From: an uncultured bacterium
GTDB taxonomy: Bacteria > Oederibacteriota > PGYV01 > CAWJRG01
Direction of reading: 5' to 3'
Assembly (NCBI GenBank): GCA_963845185.1
Contig: CAWJRG010000005.1
Span: forward strand, 64,001-128,000
Length of the DNA stretch: 64,000 bases
A program made the position numbers and the translations under genes. Below are positions 11,470-21,593 of this stretch, piece by piece. Within the stretch, counting starts at the first letter, position 1. The number at the start of each line of letters is the position of its first letter. Below the pieces are notes generated by a model. That model had not been told where the DNA came from. It ran no database searches and saw nothing but the letters and a program-made list of their open reading frames with translations.

Positions 11470-11907
11470 TTATTTCTTCTTTTTCCCGAAACAGAGCCAA
11501 GATATAAACTCTATTATTACTGTCGCAATTATGCAACTAATGAATCCTACTACAAATACCATTATTATTGATGGTTTTACAAAATCTGAGGCATGTTTGC
11601 TTGTCATTAATTCATTTAAAATTTTTTCAGTAATAAACATATATAATAAATAAAGAATTGCAGAAACAACAACTGAAACGCCTATCCGAGCCAACTTTGA
11701 TATTTTTTTAGAACTATGTATCAAATATCTTTTAATGTAAGCTTGGTCGTCATATCGTTCATCAACAGCAAAAGTTACTAGTACAACTACAAACAAAAAA
11801 TTACCAAAAAATCCAGAATAATATAAATTCAATCCCAATATTTTATTTAACAAAAGTATAAATAATAAAGTTATTACACCTAATACTAAAAGTTTCCAAA
11901 TTTTCAT
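11470..11907 (-). CDS. Hypothetical 4-TM membrane protein (AT-rich)
   Basis: Four hydrophobic segments; RBS GAGGGG upstream; no recognisable family. Confidence 0.6.
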   Translation of the reverse strand: MKIWKLLVLGVITLLFILLLNKILGLNLYYSGFFGNFLFVVVLVTFAVDERYDDQAYIKRYLIHSSKKISKLARIGVSVVVSAILYLLYMFITEKILNELMTSKHASDFVKPSIIMVFVVGFISCIIATVIIEFISWLCFGKKKK

Positions 11908-11943
11908 CGCTCATCCCCTCGTGGTAGCAAAAGTTATGGATTT

Positions 11944-12582
11944 TTACTTCCGTTTTTTTGACTTCTTTAAACGTCTTTCCAAAACTTCCATCCTGCTGCA
12001 AAGCCTCCTTATTTCCGCTTTTTCGATATCCGGCAAGTCACCGTGCAACAGCGTATCTTCAGGATGTTTTGTGCCCTTAATCCTCACAACTTTGCCAGGT
12101 ACGCCGACCACGGTTGAATTTGGCGGCACAGGATGCACGACAACTGAGCCTGCGCCTATTTTTACATTGTCCCCTATTGTAATCGGCCCCAGCACTTTGG
12201 CTCCTGCTCCCACTACAATGTCGTTTCCGAGTGTCGGATGCCTCTTGCCTTTGTCTTTGCCTGTCCCGCCGAGCGTGACTCCCTGGTATAAAAGCACGTT
12301 ATCGCCTATTTCGGTTGTCTCGCCTATGACCGTGCCCATGCCATGGTCTATAAAAAACCTGTTTCCGATTTTAGCTCCTGGATGTATTTCAATGCCGGTC
12401 AAAAACCTGGAAAAAGCAGATATCATCCTTGGTATCAGCGGTATGTGTATACGGTATAAAACATGCGCTATCCTGTGAAGTATTATCGCGTGAAGACCTG
12501 GATACATGAAAATAACTTCTATAATATTAGCCGCAGCCGGATCCCTGTCAAAAACTACCTTTATGTCGTCAATTAGGAACAT
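11944..12582 (-). CDS. cysE: Serine O-acetyltransferase
   Basis: [28 protein letters not shown] and hexapeptide repeats; start placed at the ATG following GGAGG. Confidence 0.95.
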   Translation of the reverse strand: MFLIDDIKVVFDRDPAAANIIEVIFMYPGLHAIILHRIAHVLYRIHIPLIPRMISAFSRFLTGIEIHPGAKIGNRFFIDHGMGTVIGETTEIGDNVLLYQGVTLGGTGKDKGKRHPTLGNDIVVGAGAKVLGPITIGDNVKIGAGSVVVHPVPPNSTVVGVPGKVVRIKGTKHPEDTLLHGDLPDIEKAEIRRLCSRMEVLERRLKKSKKRK

Positions 12583-12603
12583 GGATACCTCCATATAATT
12601 AAT

Positions 12604-12822
12604 TAAATTAGCGCTAACTTTGTCAGCGATTTTAAGAACACTCCTTCCCCCTCGACGGGGGAAGGCCGGGATGGGGGTGAGGTAGCGGCTAATTCCGTAT
12701 CACTCACGCTAACATCCAATCCCGAAACTTCTTTCCTATATTTCGCATTCCATATTTAAATTATATAGTTGTTGCTGCTACTTCACCCTCACCCTACCCT
12801 CTCCCGTCAAGGGAGAGGGATA
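12604..12822. repeat. REP/REPIN-like GC-rich palindromic composite element, copy 1
   Basis: ccttccccctcgacgggggaaggccgggatgggggtga ... tcaccctcaccctaccctctcccgtcaagggagaggg in inverted arrangement. Confidence 0.8.
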
Positions 12823-12840
12823 TGTGTCGGAATGTTTTAA

Positions 12841-14127
12841 TTATAAATATTCTTTCGCCAGATAAAAACTTCCTCCGACAACAACAACCCCATTGCCTTT
12901 TATTTTCATGGCTTTTCTCATGGCTGCCTTGTTGTCCGGTTCCATACTGTACCTTATTTTATATTTTACAATATAATCCCTTATTTTTCCAATACTTAAT
13001 GCCCTTGTGTTATTGTGTATTTGCGTAATAATAACTGCCAATTTTTTGTATTTTTTTATTACCCTAGCTATCGCATCCATGTCTTTGTCTTTTAAAACTG
13101 AAAAAACATAAACTATTTTCCTATTTTTAGAAATATCCTTTAATGAAGCAAGCATTTCATCAATAGCTTCGTAATTGTGCGCCACGCTTATGTAATAGCC
13201 TTTTTTGCTGTAAGACAGCCGCCCCGGCAGCACTGTCTTGTAAATAGCCCCTCTTACCTTTTGCACATCAAATTTAAACCCTGATTTTTCCAAAACTTTC
13301 AGGCAGCTTAGCACTGTTCTGATATTTTCCGCCTGGATTGATTCAGTCATTTTTGTTTTAAGACTTATAATTATATTATTTGGAATATCCTTGTAATCAA
13401 CGCTAAGGACATTGTTTACTCTTTCTCCCATGCTCATGCTGTAAAACGTGTCGTTAAAAAATATTCTTTCCCTGAATTTTTTCGCCAGGTGCACCCTTAA
13501 ATCTGCCTGCTTTATCCCTGAAACGCACCAACCACTTCCTATTATCTGTTCTTTTTCATTCAATATGCTCATTTCTGTTTTTCCGAGCCAGTCAGTATGC
13601 TCAAGCGCTATTGACGTAATTACGCTTAAAAGTTTTCTTTTGTAACCCACATTCGTGGCGTCAAGCCTGCCGCCAAGCCCGGTTTCTATAATTGCAATGT
13701 CTATTTTTTGCTTTTTAAAAATCACAAAGGCCAGAGCAGTCAGAAACTCAAAATAAGTAAGTTTTATCTTTTTCTTTTCTATCAGATTCTTTAGTTTTAT
13801 TGCCTCGTTATAAAATAACTCTCCTACCACTGGTTTACCGTCTACGCTGATTCTTTCCGTGATGTCTTTTAAGTGCGGAGAAGCATAAAGCCCTGTTTTA
13901 TAGCCGTGCTCCCTGAAAATGTTAGCGAGGTAAGCGCAAACCAAGCCTTTGCCGTTGCTGCCGGCCACGTGGATTACCTGATATGAATTTTGCGGGTTGT
14001 TTAATAATTTAATGCAGGCCTTGATTCTTTTTAGGGAAAAATCAAACTTGAATTCGTTGAGTTTTATAAGGTATTCGTTAACAAATTTTTTTTTATTGAT
14101 TCGTCCCCTGTTAATTTCAGAAACCAT
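12841..14127 (-). CDS. folC: Folylpolyglutamate/dihydrofolate synthase (divergent)
   Basis: IHVAGSNGKG, SPHL, TYFEFLT, ETGLGGRLDATN, GGSFYL; follows accD. Confidence 0.88.
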   Translation of the reverse strand: MVSEINRGRINKKKFVNEYLIKLNEFKFDFSLKRIKACIKLLNNPQNSYQVIHVAGSNGKGLVCAYLANIFREHGYKTGLYASPHLKDITERISVDGKPVVGELFYNEAIKLKNLIEKKKIKLTYFEFLTALAFVIFKKQKIDIAIIETGLGGRLDATNVGYKRKLLSVITSIALEHTDWLGKTEMSILNEKEQIIGSGWCVSGIKQADLRVHLAKKFRERIFFNDTFYSMSMGERVNNVLSVDYKDIPNNIIISLKTKMTESIQAENIRTVLSCLKVLEKSGFKFDVQKVRGAIYKTVLPGRLSYSKKGYYISVAHNYEAIDEMLASLKDISKNRKIVYVFSVLKDKDMDAIARVIKKYKKLAVIITQIHNNTRALSIGKIRDYIVKYKIRYSMEPDNKAAMRKAMKIKGNGVVVVGGSFYLAKEYL

Positions 14128-14130
14128 TCT

Positions 14131-14232
14131 TCACCCTCTCTCTAACTCTCCCCCGTCAAGGGGGAGAGGTTTATTATCTGTCCTAATATAATTTCCCTCT
14201 CCCCGCCGTGGGAGAGGGATAGGGTGAGGGGG
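14131..14232. repeat. REP-like palindromic doublet, copy 2
   Basis: tcaccctctctctaactctcccccgtcaagggggagag ... ccctctccccgccgtgggagagggatagggtgagggg. Confidence 0.75.
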
Positions 14233-14259
14233 TATATGCATTAATGTTTTCAACTGCCA

Positions 14260-15108
14260 TTATTTTGAGTTTGAGGTTAGGTGTCTCAAAAGGCTTGCTA
14301 TTGTCTTTTTCATCTCTGTCCTGTTTACTATCATGTCCAGCATTCCGTGCTCAAGCAAAAACTCGGATCGCTGGAATTCAGGCGGCAGTTTCTGCCTGAT
14401 GGTCTGCTCGATAACCCTGGGCCCCGCGAACATGATGAGCGCGCCGGGCTCCGCGATATTGATGTCCCCGAGCATGGCAAAGCTTGCCGTGACTCCTCCG
14501 CCTGTCGGGTCGGTGAGGACAGCTATATATGGCAGCTTACTGTCGTACATTTTAGCTAAAGCCGCTGAAATTTTCGCCATCTGCATCAACGATACTATAC
14601 CCTCGTGCATCCTCGCGCCGCCGCCTGAAGACGACATCAGGATAAGCGGCAAGCGCTGTTCAAGCGCCAGCTCGATAAGCCTTGTTATCCTCTCGCCCAT
14701 GACCGAGCCCAGGCTGCCTCCCAGGAAATTAAAATCTGTAATGCCTATTGCCACTTTCAGCCCGTCAAGCTTGCCCGTGCCTGTAATAACAGCTTCTGTT
14801 AAATCTGTTTTCGCCGCTGATTTTTCAAGCTTGTCCTTATACTGCGGAAAATCAAGGAAATCCACGGTCGCGACATCCTCGAACATCAGCTCAAATGTTT
14901 CCGGGTCTATGATTGACTTGAGCCTCGTCACTGCGTCTATCCTGTGATGAAACCCGCATTTCGGGCAGACGCTTAAATTTTCCTCAAGCTCTTTTTTCAG
15001 GAGTATGGCGCCGCATCCCCCGCATTTCACCCACATTCCTTCCGGTATCTTGTCCTTTTTATCCTCTTTTTTTATTATTGTATATTTTGTCCTCTGGAAC
15101 CATGCCAT
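14260..15108 (-). CDS. accD: Acetyl-CoA carboxylase carboxyltransferase beta subunit
   Basis: WVKCGGC..CPKC zinc finger, GGSLGSVMGE, GGARMHEG, PTGGGVTASFA, FAGPRVIEQT. Confidence 0.97.
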   Translation of the reverse strand: MAWFQRTKYTIIKKEDKKDKIPEGMWVKCGGCGAILLKKELEENLSVCPKCGFHHRIDAVTRLKSIIDPETFELMFEDVATVDFLDFPQYKDKLEKSAAKTDLTEAVITGTGKLDGLKVAIGITDFNFLGGSLGSVMGERITRLIELALEQRLPLILMSSSGGGARMHEGIVSLMQMAKISAALAKMYDSKLPYIAVLTDPTGGGVTASFAMLGDINIAEPGALIMFAGPRVIEQTIRQKLPPEFQRSEFLLEHGMLDMIVNRTEMKKTIASLLRHLTSNSK

Positions 15109-16815
15109 TTATTTCACCTTTTTCTTTTTAAAATATTTTTCAATAGCGCTGATAGCTGTTTCCGTTATATCCGGGTCAAACTGCGTTCCCGCGCACCTTC
15201 TTATTTCCTCTATGCAGGTTTCGAAAGGCAGGCCCTTCCTGTACGGCCTGTCCGAACTCATCGCGTCAAAGGTATCGGCTATGCTGATAATCCTCGCTAT
15301 GTATGGTATATTTTTCCCGGCAAGCCCGTCAGGGTATCCGTTTCCGTCATACCTCTCATGGTGGTGCTTCATTGCCGGTATTATTTCTTTCAGTTCAGGT
15401 ATGGACTCAAGTATTTTCACGCCGTTTGTAGGGTGTTTTTTTACTTCCGCAAATTCCTCGTTGGTCAGCTTGGCAGGCTTTCTTAAAATGCTCTCGTCCA
15501 CTCCTATTTTTCCTATGTCATGCAATATTGCCGCAAGCCTTACGTTTTCCATTTCCTTATCCGAAAAACCCATTTCCTTTGCTATCAGCAGGCTGAACTC
15601 GGTCACCCTTTCGGAGTGGCCCCTTGTGTAAATATCCTTTGTTTCTATTGCCGCCGCAAGCGTTTTGACCGTGTTTAAAAAGAACTGCCTTAAATTTTCA
15701 TACAGTTTCGCGTTCTCTATGGCCACGGCAGCCTGGTTCGCGAGAGCCTGCAGCAGGCCCATGTCTTCCTCGTTAAAAAGCTCGCTGTTTTTCTTGTTTA
15801 AAACCTCCACCACGCCCGTTACTTTTTCTTTTGTCTTCAGGGGCACGGCTATTATTGATCTTGTGACAAACTCGGTTTTCTGGTCAGCCTGTTTGTAAAA
15901 ACGCGGGTCTTTCTGCGCGTCTGCTATTAAAACCGGTTTTTCTTCCCTTACAACCCACCCCACCACGCCCACGCCCACAGGTACCCTTATTTCCTTTATC
16001 TTTTCTTTTTTCTCCCCTGTCGCTGCCGCTATCACAAGCTCGTTTTTTTCCTCATCCACGAGAAATATAGACCCGGCTTCGGCGTTCAGGGTGTCGGTCG
16101 ATATCTGTAGTATCGAATCCAGGAGTTTTTTCAGTTCCAGCGTGGAATTTACGAACTTTGTCACTTCTATCAGGTGTTCAAGCCTGTTCACCCTCTTTTT
16201 CACATCAAGAAAAAGCTGGGCATTTTTTATAATAAGGGATATATACGGCGTGAATGTTTCAAGGATTTCAAGGTCATTCTGCGTGAAGCTTTTGTTTCCC
16301 GCCTTGTTGATTAGTTCCACAACTCCGAGTATATCGTCTTCGACTTTTAGCGGGGCGCACATTATATTCCTGGTCTTGTATTCTATTTCCAAGCTTATTT
16401 TTTTCTGGAACCTAGGCTCTTTTTGCACGTCAGGCGTTATCAGCGGCTTGCCGGAATAAGCCACCCATCCTGCTATGCCTTCACCCAGCGCCAGCCTGTA
16501 ATTTGTAAGCTTGTACGCCTTTTCGCCTTTTGCCACGGCAAAGTAAAGCGTATCTGATATTTTGTCCACCAAAAGCAAAGAACCCGCCTTTGATTCAGTG
16601 ACTTCCATGACTATTTCAAGGAACCTGTCCAGTATCTTGTTTATATCAAAATCTTTTTTGGTTATCTGGCTGACTTCCCTTAGAATATTGATTTCTTTTT
16701 CAAGTGTTTTTATTTTTTCCGCGTATTTATTTTCATGCGTGTCTGTTTTCACGGTTCTTGTGGCGGCTTTGACCGGCTTTTTGACTTTTTTTCCCTTTTT
16801 ACTTTTTCCCGGCAT
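15109..16815 (-). CDS. GAF-GAF-HD-GYP cyclic-dinucleotide phosphodiesterase
   Basis: Two GAF domains; TRGHSERV, LHDIGKIG and HHERYDGNGYPDGL intact. Confidence 0.92.
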   Translation of the reverse strand: MPGKSKKGKKVKKPVKAATRTVKTDTHENKYAEKIKTLEKEINILREVSQITKKDFDINKILDRFLEIVMEVTESKAGSLLLVDKISDTLYFAVAKGEKAYKLTNYRLALGEGIAGWVAYSGKPLITPDVQKEPRFQKKISLEIEYKTRNIMCAPLKVEDDILGVVELINKAGNKSFTQNDLEILETFTPYISLIIKNAQLFLDVKKRVNRLEHLIEVTKFVNSTLELKKLLDSILQISTDTLNAEAGSIFLVDEEKNELVIAAATGEKKEKIKEIRVPVGVGVVGWVVREEKPVLIADAQKDPRFYKQADQKTEFVTRSIIAVPLKTKEKVTGVVEVLNKKNSELFNEEDMGLLQALANQAAVAIENAKLYENLRQFFLNTVKTLAAAIETKDIYTRGHSERVTEFSLLIAKEMGFSDKEMENVRLAAILHDIGKIGVDESILRKPAKLTNEEFAEVKKHPTNGVKILESIPELKEIIPAMKHHHERYDGNGYPDGLAGKNIPYIARIISIADTFDAMSSDRPYRKGLPFETCIEEIRRCAGTQFDPDITETAISAIEKYFKKKKVK

Positions 16816-17596
16816 TATTTACCTCTTTAAGGAATTTATCAATAAAAACTCCGGCGCTTTCAAGCAATCTTTTCCTGCTTTTTCCGTATTTCTCTATCAG
16901 TTCCACAAACGCGCTTCCTATTATTATACCGTCGGTATGCTGCAATATTCCCTTTGCCTGCCCGGGCTTTGATATGCCAAAACCGGCGAAAACCATTGCT
17001 TTTGCCTGTTTTTTGATGTCTTTTATTGCCTTAAAATCAAGGCTTAACTTTTTCCTTGCCCCAGTTGTCCCCTTCAGGAGTATATAATACAGGAATCCCG
17101 ATGTTTTTTCTACTATTTTTTTAAGCCTTGCCCCGGTGTTAGTGGGCGCGGCAAGGTAAATGATGTAAAAATTCTTTTTCAAGGCATATTTACGCAGAGC
17201 CTGCTCCTCGTCAAATGGCAAATCAGGTATTATCGCGCCGTCAAGCCCTGCTTTTTTTGATTCGTCTACAAATTTTTTTGTGCCGTAATTATAAATAAGA
17301 TTGTAGTAGGTCATGGCGACCATGGGCGTTTCTGTTTTTTTCCTCACTTTTTTTACCAGGTTTAAAACATCGTCAATCGTCACTTTATTTTTCAGCGCGC
17401 GTTCGCCTGCCCTTTGTATTGTAGGGCCGTCAGCTATGGGGTCGGAGAAAGGTATTCCGAGTTCTATCAAAGAAACCCCTTTTTTTGCCATGAGATAAAC
17501 CAAGCTTTCAGTCGTGCCTAAATCCGGGTCTCCAGCCATAAGGTATATTACAAGTTTTTTCCTTTTAGTCTTTTTAAGCAAATCAATCCTGTTCAT
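16799..17596 (-). CDS. trpA: Tryptophan synthase alpha subunit
   Basis: [31 protein letters not shown]. Confidence 0.97.
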   Translation of the reverse strand: MNRIDLLKKTKRKKLVIYLMAGDPDLGTTESLVYLMAKKGVSLIELGIPFSDPIADGPTIQRAGERALKNKVTIDDVLNLVKKVRKKTETPMVAMTYYNLIYNYGTKKFVDESKKAGLDGAIIPDLPFDEEQALRKYALKKNFYIIYLAAPTNTGARLKKIVEKTSGFLYYILLKGTTGARKKLSLDFKAIKDIKKQAKAMVFAGFGISKPGQAKGILQHTDGIIIGSAFVELIEKYGKSRKRLLESAGVFIDKFLKEVNNAGKK

Positions 17597-18780
17597 TTAA
17601 TCCCCTTTTTATTAATAATATTCCTTACCGTATCGACATCCTTGTCACCCCTGCCCGAAACATTGACTATTACAATGTCTTTCTTTTTCAATTCCATTTT
17701 TTCAAGATATGCCACTGCGTGAGCTGACTCGAGCGCAGGCATTATGCCCTCAAGCTTTGTCAGCGACATGAACGCGTCCAAAGCCTGCTTGTCTGTGACA
17801 TAGTCGTATTTTACCCGTTTTGTATCTTTTAAAAAACTATGCTCAGGCCCTACGCCGGGATAATCAAGGCCTGCGGAAATAGAGTAAGTGTTCATTATCT
17901 GCCCATTTTTGTCCTGAAGAAGATAAGTCTTTGTTCCGTGAAGTACGCCCACTGTGCCTTTAAACAAGGTTGCCGCGTGCATGCCCGAACCTATGCCGAG
18001 CCCGCCTGCCTCGACGCCTATCATTCTAACTTTTTTATATTTAAGAAAAGGATAAAAAAGTCCCATCGCATTTGACCCGCCTCCAACGCATGCCAGCAAA
18101 TAATCAGGCATTTTGCCTTCTGCTTTTATAATCTGCGTCCTTGCTTCCCTGCCTATAACAGACTGGAAATCCCTGACCATCACCGGGTAAGGATGAAATC
18201 CTGAAACACTGCCTATAAGATAATAGGTTGTATCCACATTTTGCAGCCAGTCCCTTATGGCCTCGTTCATGGCATCCTTTAAAGTTTTTGTACCTGATTT
18301 TACTGGGTGGACTTTTGCGCCCAAAAGCTCCATCCTGAATACATTAAGTGCCTGACGGGCAACGTCTTCCTCTCCCATGTAAATCTCGCATTGCATGCCA
18401 AACATTGCCGCTACCGTGGCTGTGGCAACTCCGTGCTGGCCAGCGCCTGTCTCGGCTATTATCCTTTTCTTTTTCATCCTGAGGGCAAGTAAAATCTGGC
18501 CGAGGCAATTATTTATTTTGTGGGAACCTGTATGGTTTAAATCTTCCCTTTTTAAATATATTTTTGCATTGTATTTTTTAGAGAATTGCTCAGCATAATA
18601 TAAGGGAGACGGCCTGCCCGCGTAATTTTTAAGGTAATACTCAAATTCCTGCTTGAACTTTTTATCCTTTTTCGCCTTAAAATATTCCATTTCAAGCTCT
18701 TCTATAACGGCCATCAAAGTTTCAGGCGCGAACCTGCCGCCAAACTGTCCAAAATGCCCTGTTTTGTCAGGAATACTCAT
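17593..18780 (-). CDS. trpB: Tryptophan synthase beta subunit
   Basis: [36 protein letters not shown]; true start MSIPDK at 18780 (RBS GGAG); the ORF-track extension is the REP element. Confidence 0.97.
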   Translation of the reverse strand: MSIPDKTGHFGQFGGRFAPETLMAVIEELEMEYFKAKKDKKFKQEFEYYLKNYAGRPSPLYYAEQFSKKYNAKIYLKREDLNHTGSHKINNCLGQILLALRMKKKRIIAETGAGQHGVATATVAAMFGMQCEIYMGEEDVARQALNVFRMELLGAKVHPVKSGTKTLKDAMNEAIRDWLQNVDTTYYLIGSVSGFHPYPVMVRDFQSVIGREARTQIIKAEGKMPDYLLACVGGGSNAMGLFYPFLKYKKVRMIGVEAGGLGIGSGMHAATLFKGTVGVLHGTKTYLLQDKNGQIMNTYSISAGLDYPGVGPEHSFLKDTKRVKYDYVTDKQALDAFMSLTKLEGIMPALESAHAVAYLEKMELKKKDIVIVNVSGRGDKDVDTVRNIINKKGIK

Positions 18781-18805
18781 AATGTTATCTCCAATTTCGA
18801 AAAAG

Positions 18806-18966
18806 TAAATTACCGCTGACTTTGGCAACGGAACCCCTTCCCCCTCGATGGGGGAAGGCCGGGATGGGGGTGATGTAGCAGCTGAGACTGTTTCACTCAT
18901 GCTGTTAATACTATTTCGCTGCTGCTTCACCCTCACCTTTATCCTCTCCCATCGAGGGAGAGGATA
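18806..18966. repeat. REP/REPIN-like composite element, copy 3 (homologous to 12604-12822)
   Basis: Shares the flank taaatta.cgct.actttg.ca.cg, both palindromic arms and part of the interior with copy 1. Confidence 0.8.
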
Positions 18967-19007
18967 CCACCGACTATATACCGGTGGATTATGTTTTCAT
19001 TTAGTAC

Positions 19008-19649
19008 TCAACTTTTAACAGTCTTTCTAATATTTTTAAATAACTTCCTTATCTTTTCCCTGCTTTTTTTGCCCGGACTGGTTTCCACGCCCGAGCCCAC
19101 GTCCACACCGTGCAGACCTTTTGTTTTCAACAGCAAACACACATTGTCAGGCGTTATGCCTCCTGCCACAAAAAAAGGCTTCTTGATTTTTAGATTTTTG
19201 ACAAGGTTCCAGTTGAATGTTCTCCCGGTGCCGCCGTAAGTGTGCCTTAGATATGTGTCAAACATGAACAAATCCACATAGTCTTCATAAATCCTTATTT
19301 TTTTAAGAAGGTTGCTTTTATCCTTAATCCTGACGACTTTTATTACGCCCGCGTTTTTTATTTTTTTTATGTAATTAACGCTCTCATTGCCCGAGAGCTG
19401 CACCATATCAAGCTTTGCCTTTTTTATCACGCTGTTTACTTTCCTTACATCCTCGTTGACAAATACCCCTGCCTTTAATACTTTTTTCGGGATTTTTCTT
19501 ATTATTTTGGCTGCTGCCTCAGGCGTCATTCTCCTTTTACTGTCCGCAAAAATAAATCCGACTATGTCGGCGCCCGACCTGGTCGATAGCAGGGCATCCT
19601 CCAGATTTGTTATCCCGCATATTTTGACTTTAACCATGTTTTGGTGCAT
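19008..19649 (-). CDS. trpF: Phosphoribosylanthranilate isomerase
   Basis: VKICGIT, GGTGRTFNW, AGGITPDNV, GVDVGSGVE. Confidence 0.95.
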   Translation of the reverse strand: MHQNMVKVKICGITNLEDALLSTRSGADIVGFIFADSKRRMTPEAAAKIIRKIPKKVLKAGVFVNEDVRKVNSVIKKAKLDMVQLSGNESVNYIKKIKNAGVIKVVRIKDKSNLLKKIRIYEDYVDLFMFDTYLRHTYGGTGRTFNWNLVKNLKIKKPFFVAGGITPDNVCLLLKTKGLHGVDVGSGVETSPGKKSREKIRKLFKNIRKTVKS

Positions 19650-19657
19650 CCATGGGG

Positions 19658-20455
19658 CTACTCATTACCCGCCCTGTACAGCATATAGTTCACGTATTGT
19701 TTTATATTTTTTTCCTTTGCTTTCATGAGCATCGTGCCGACAAGTACGCCTCTTATCCTGCTGTCTATAAGTACTTCTTCTATATCTTCGGGCTTGTTAA
19801 TTCCGCTCTCGCATATTACTATCCTGTCTTTCGGGATTTGTTTTACCAGCCTTGATACCACTCCAAGATTTGTCTTGAATGTTTTTAAGTCCCGCGTGTT
19901 TATTCCTATAATCTCAGCCCCGCTTCCCACGGCTTTTCTTATATCATCTTTGCTGTGCACCTCAACCACGGGCGTCAAATTAAGAAACCTCGCCTTTTTC
20001 ACAAAATTATAGAGTTCCCTCTTGTCAAGAATCGCCGCGATTAAAAGCACGGCATCTGCCGTCGCTTCCCTGGTTTCATAAATCTGGTATTCGTCTATTA
20101 TAAAATCTTTCCTTAAGACAGGAACCCCTGACATTTTTTTCACGTCTTTGACGTATTCCAGCCTGCCGTCGAAGAATTTCTTGTCGGTAACCACGGATAT
20201 CGCTTTAATGCCAGCGTCCTCGTATATTTTTGCAATCTTGCCTGCGTTGATATTTGTGCGCATGACTCCCTGTGAAGGGGCTTTTTTCTTTATTTCGCCA
20301 ATAACCACAAAAGCATTGTATTCAAAAACATCCCTGAAATTCCTGTTTGCAGGCGTTTTCATTATGCTCTTTAAAAGTTCCTCCTGCGGTACTTTCAACT
20401 TTCTCAATTTGAGCTCGTTTTTCTTGTATTTCACTATCTTGCTTAGAAAACTCAT
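19658..20455 (-). CDS. trpC: Indole-3-glycerol-phosphate synthase
   Basis: EIKKKAPSQG, LRKDFIIDEYQI, IGINTRDL, ESGI; ATG at 20455 follows AGGAGG. Confidence 0.95.
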   Translation of the reverse strand: MSFLSKIVKYKKNELKLRKLKVPQEELLKSIMKTPANRNFRDVFEYNAFVVIGEIKKKAPSQGVMRTNINAGKIAKIYEDAGIKAISVVTDKKFFDGRLEYVKDVKKMSGVPVLRKDFIIDEYQIYETREATADAVLLIAAILDKRELYNFVKKARFLNLTPVVEVHSKDDIRKAVGSGAEIIGINTRDLKTFKTNLGVVSRLVKQIPKDRIVICESGINKPEDIEEVLIDSRIRGVLVGTMLMKAKEKNIKQYVNYMLYRAGNE

Positions 20456-20485
20456 GTGTTCCTCCTGTGGAATAATTTTCAATTT

Positions 20486-20549
20486 TCAGTTTTCAATTAT
20501 CAATTAAAAACCATACTTGCCTTTAATTGAAAATTGATAATTCTTAATT
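20486..20549. repeat. AT-rich ~7-nt-periodic inverted repeat element, copy 2
   Basis: tcagttttcaattatcaatt...aattgaaaattgataattcttaatt. Confidence 0.6.
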
Positions 20550-20560
20550 GTCAATCCTTG

Positions 20561-21574
20561 TTATTTGTTGGAACATTCCCTGAACTGGTTCAGCTTTTCC
20601 ATAACTTTCCCTTCAGTAATCAAGGCGCGCGCCGTTTCCATGCCTTCCTTTGCTTTAGCGACTTTGTCGGCCGTATAAAGCGCGAATCCGCTGTTTATCA
20701 CAATGGCGTCGTAATAAGCGTCTTTCCGTTTGCCTTCAAAAATTTCAACCAGTATCCTGGCGTTTTCTTCAGGGCTGCCCCCGTGTATCGCTGCCAATGG
20801 CTGTTCCTTGATGTCATATAATGACGGTTTAATCCTGTATGTTTTTATGCTTCCGTCTTTCAACTCGGAAATTTTAGTATAGCCCGAGAGTATTACTTCG
20901 TCAATACCGCCTTCGCCGCAGACAACAAGGGCGTGTATTGAACCCAGCCGTTTTAAAACGCCTGCCATTTTCTCTGTTAATTCCTCGGAAAAAACGCCAA
21001 GTAAATGATGGGTGTTTTTCGCCGGGTTTGTCAGGGGGCCAAGAATATTGAATATCGTCCTTATGCCTATTTCTTTCCTTACATTTCCAGCGTATTTCAT
21101 TGCCTTGTGAAAATTCGGCGCGAATAAAAAACCTATGCCGACATTATCAATGCATTTCTTTACCTTGTCCGGAGACAGGTCTATGTTGATGCCAAGCGCT
21201 TTTAAAACATCTGCGCTTCCGCTTTTGCTCGTGGCAGCCCTGTTGCCGTGTTTTGCCACCGCTATGCCTGCCGCGGCCATGACAACAGCCACGCCGGTCG
21301 AAATATTTATTGTCCCCGACGAATCGCCGCCTGTCCCGCATGTGTCAAGAATCACGTCCTTTTCGAGGTCAAACGGCTCGGCTTTTTCGCGCATAACCAC
21401 AGCCGCGGCTGTTATCTCGTCTATTGTCTCGCCCTTGACGCGTAAAGCAGTTAAAAAAGACGCTATCTGAGCGTCGTTTGTTTTCCCGCTCATTATCGCA
21501 TCCATTGCTTCCTTCATTTCATCAAAAGTGAGGTCTTTCCCGTCAACCATTTCTTGAACGAATTTTTTAAGCAT
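20561..21574 (-). CDS. trpD: Anthranilate phosphoribosyltransferase
   Basis: DTCGTGGD, KHGNRAATSKSGSADVL, RTIFNILGPLTNP. Confidence 0.97.
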   Translation of the reverse strand: MLKKFVQEMVDGKDLTFDEMKEAMDAIMSGKTNDAQIASFLTALRVKGETIDEITAAAVVMREKAEPFDLEKDVILDTCGTGGDSSGTINISTGVAVVMAAAGIAVAKHGNRAATSKSGSADVLKALGINIDLSPDKVKKCIDNVGIGFLFAPNFHKAMKYAGNVRKEIGIRTIFNILGPLTNPAKNTHHLLGVFSEELTEKMAGVLKRLGSIHALVVCGEGGIDEVILSGYTKISELKDGSIKTYRIKPSLYDIKEQPLAAIHGGSPEENARILVEIFEGKRKDAYYDAIVINSGFALYTADKVAKAKEGMETARALITEGKVMEKLNQFRECSNK

Positions 21575-21593
21575 TATACACTCCCGATACTAT

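Noticed and set aside
18781..18936. 52-aa N-terminal extension of TrpB in the ORF track ([13 protein letters not shown])
   Set aside because: It is translation through the REP-like element; a proper RBS and ATG lie at 18780
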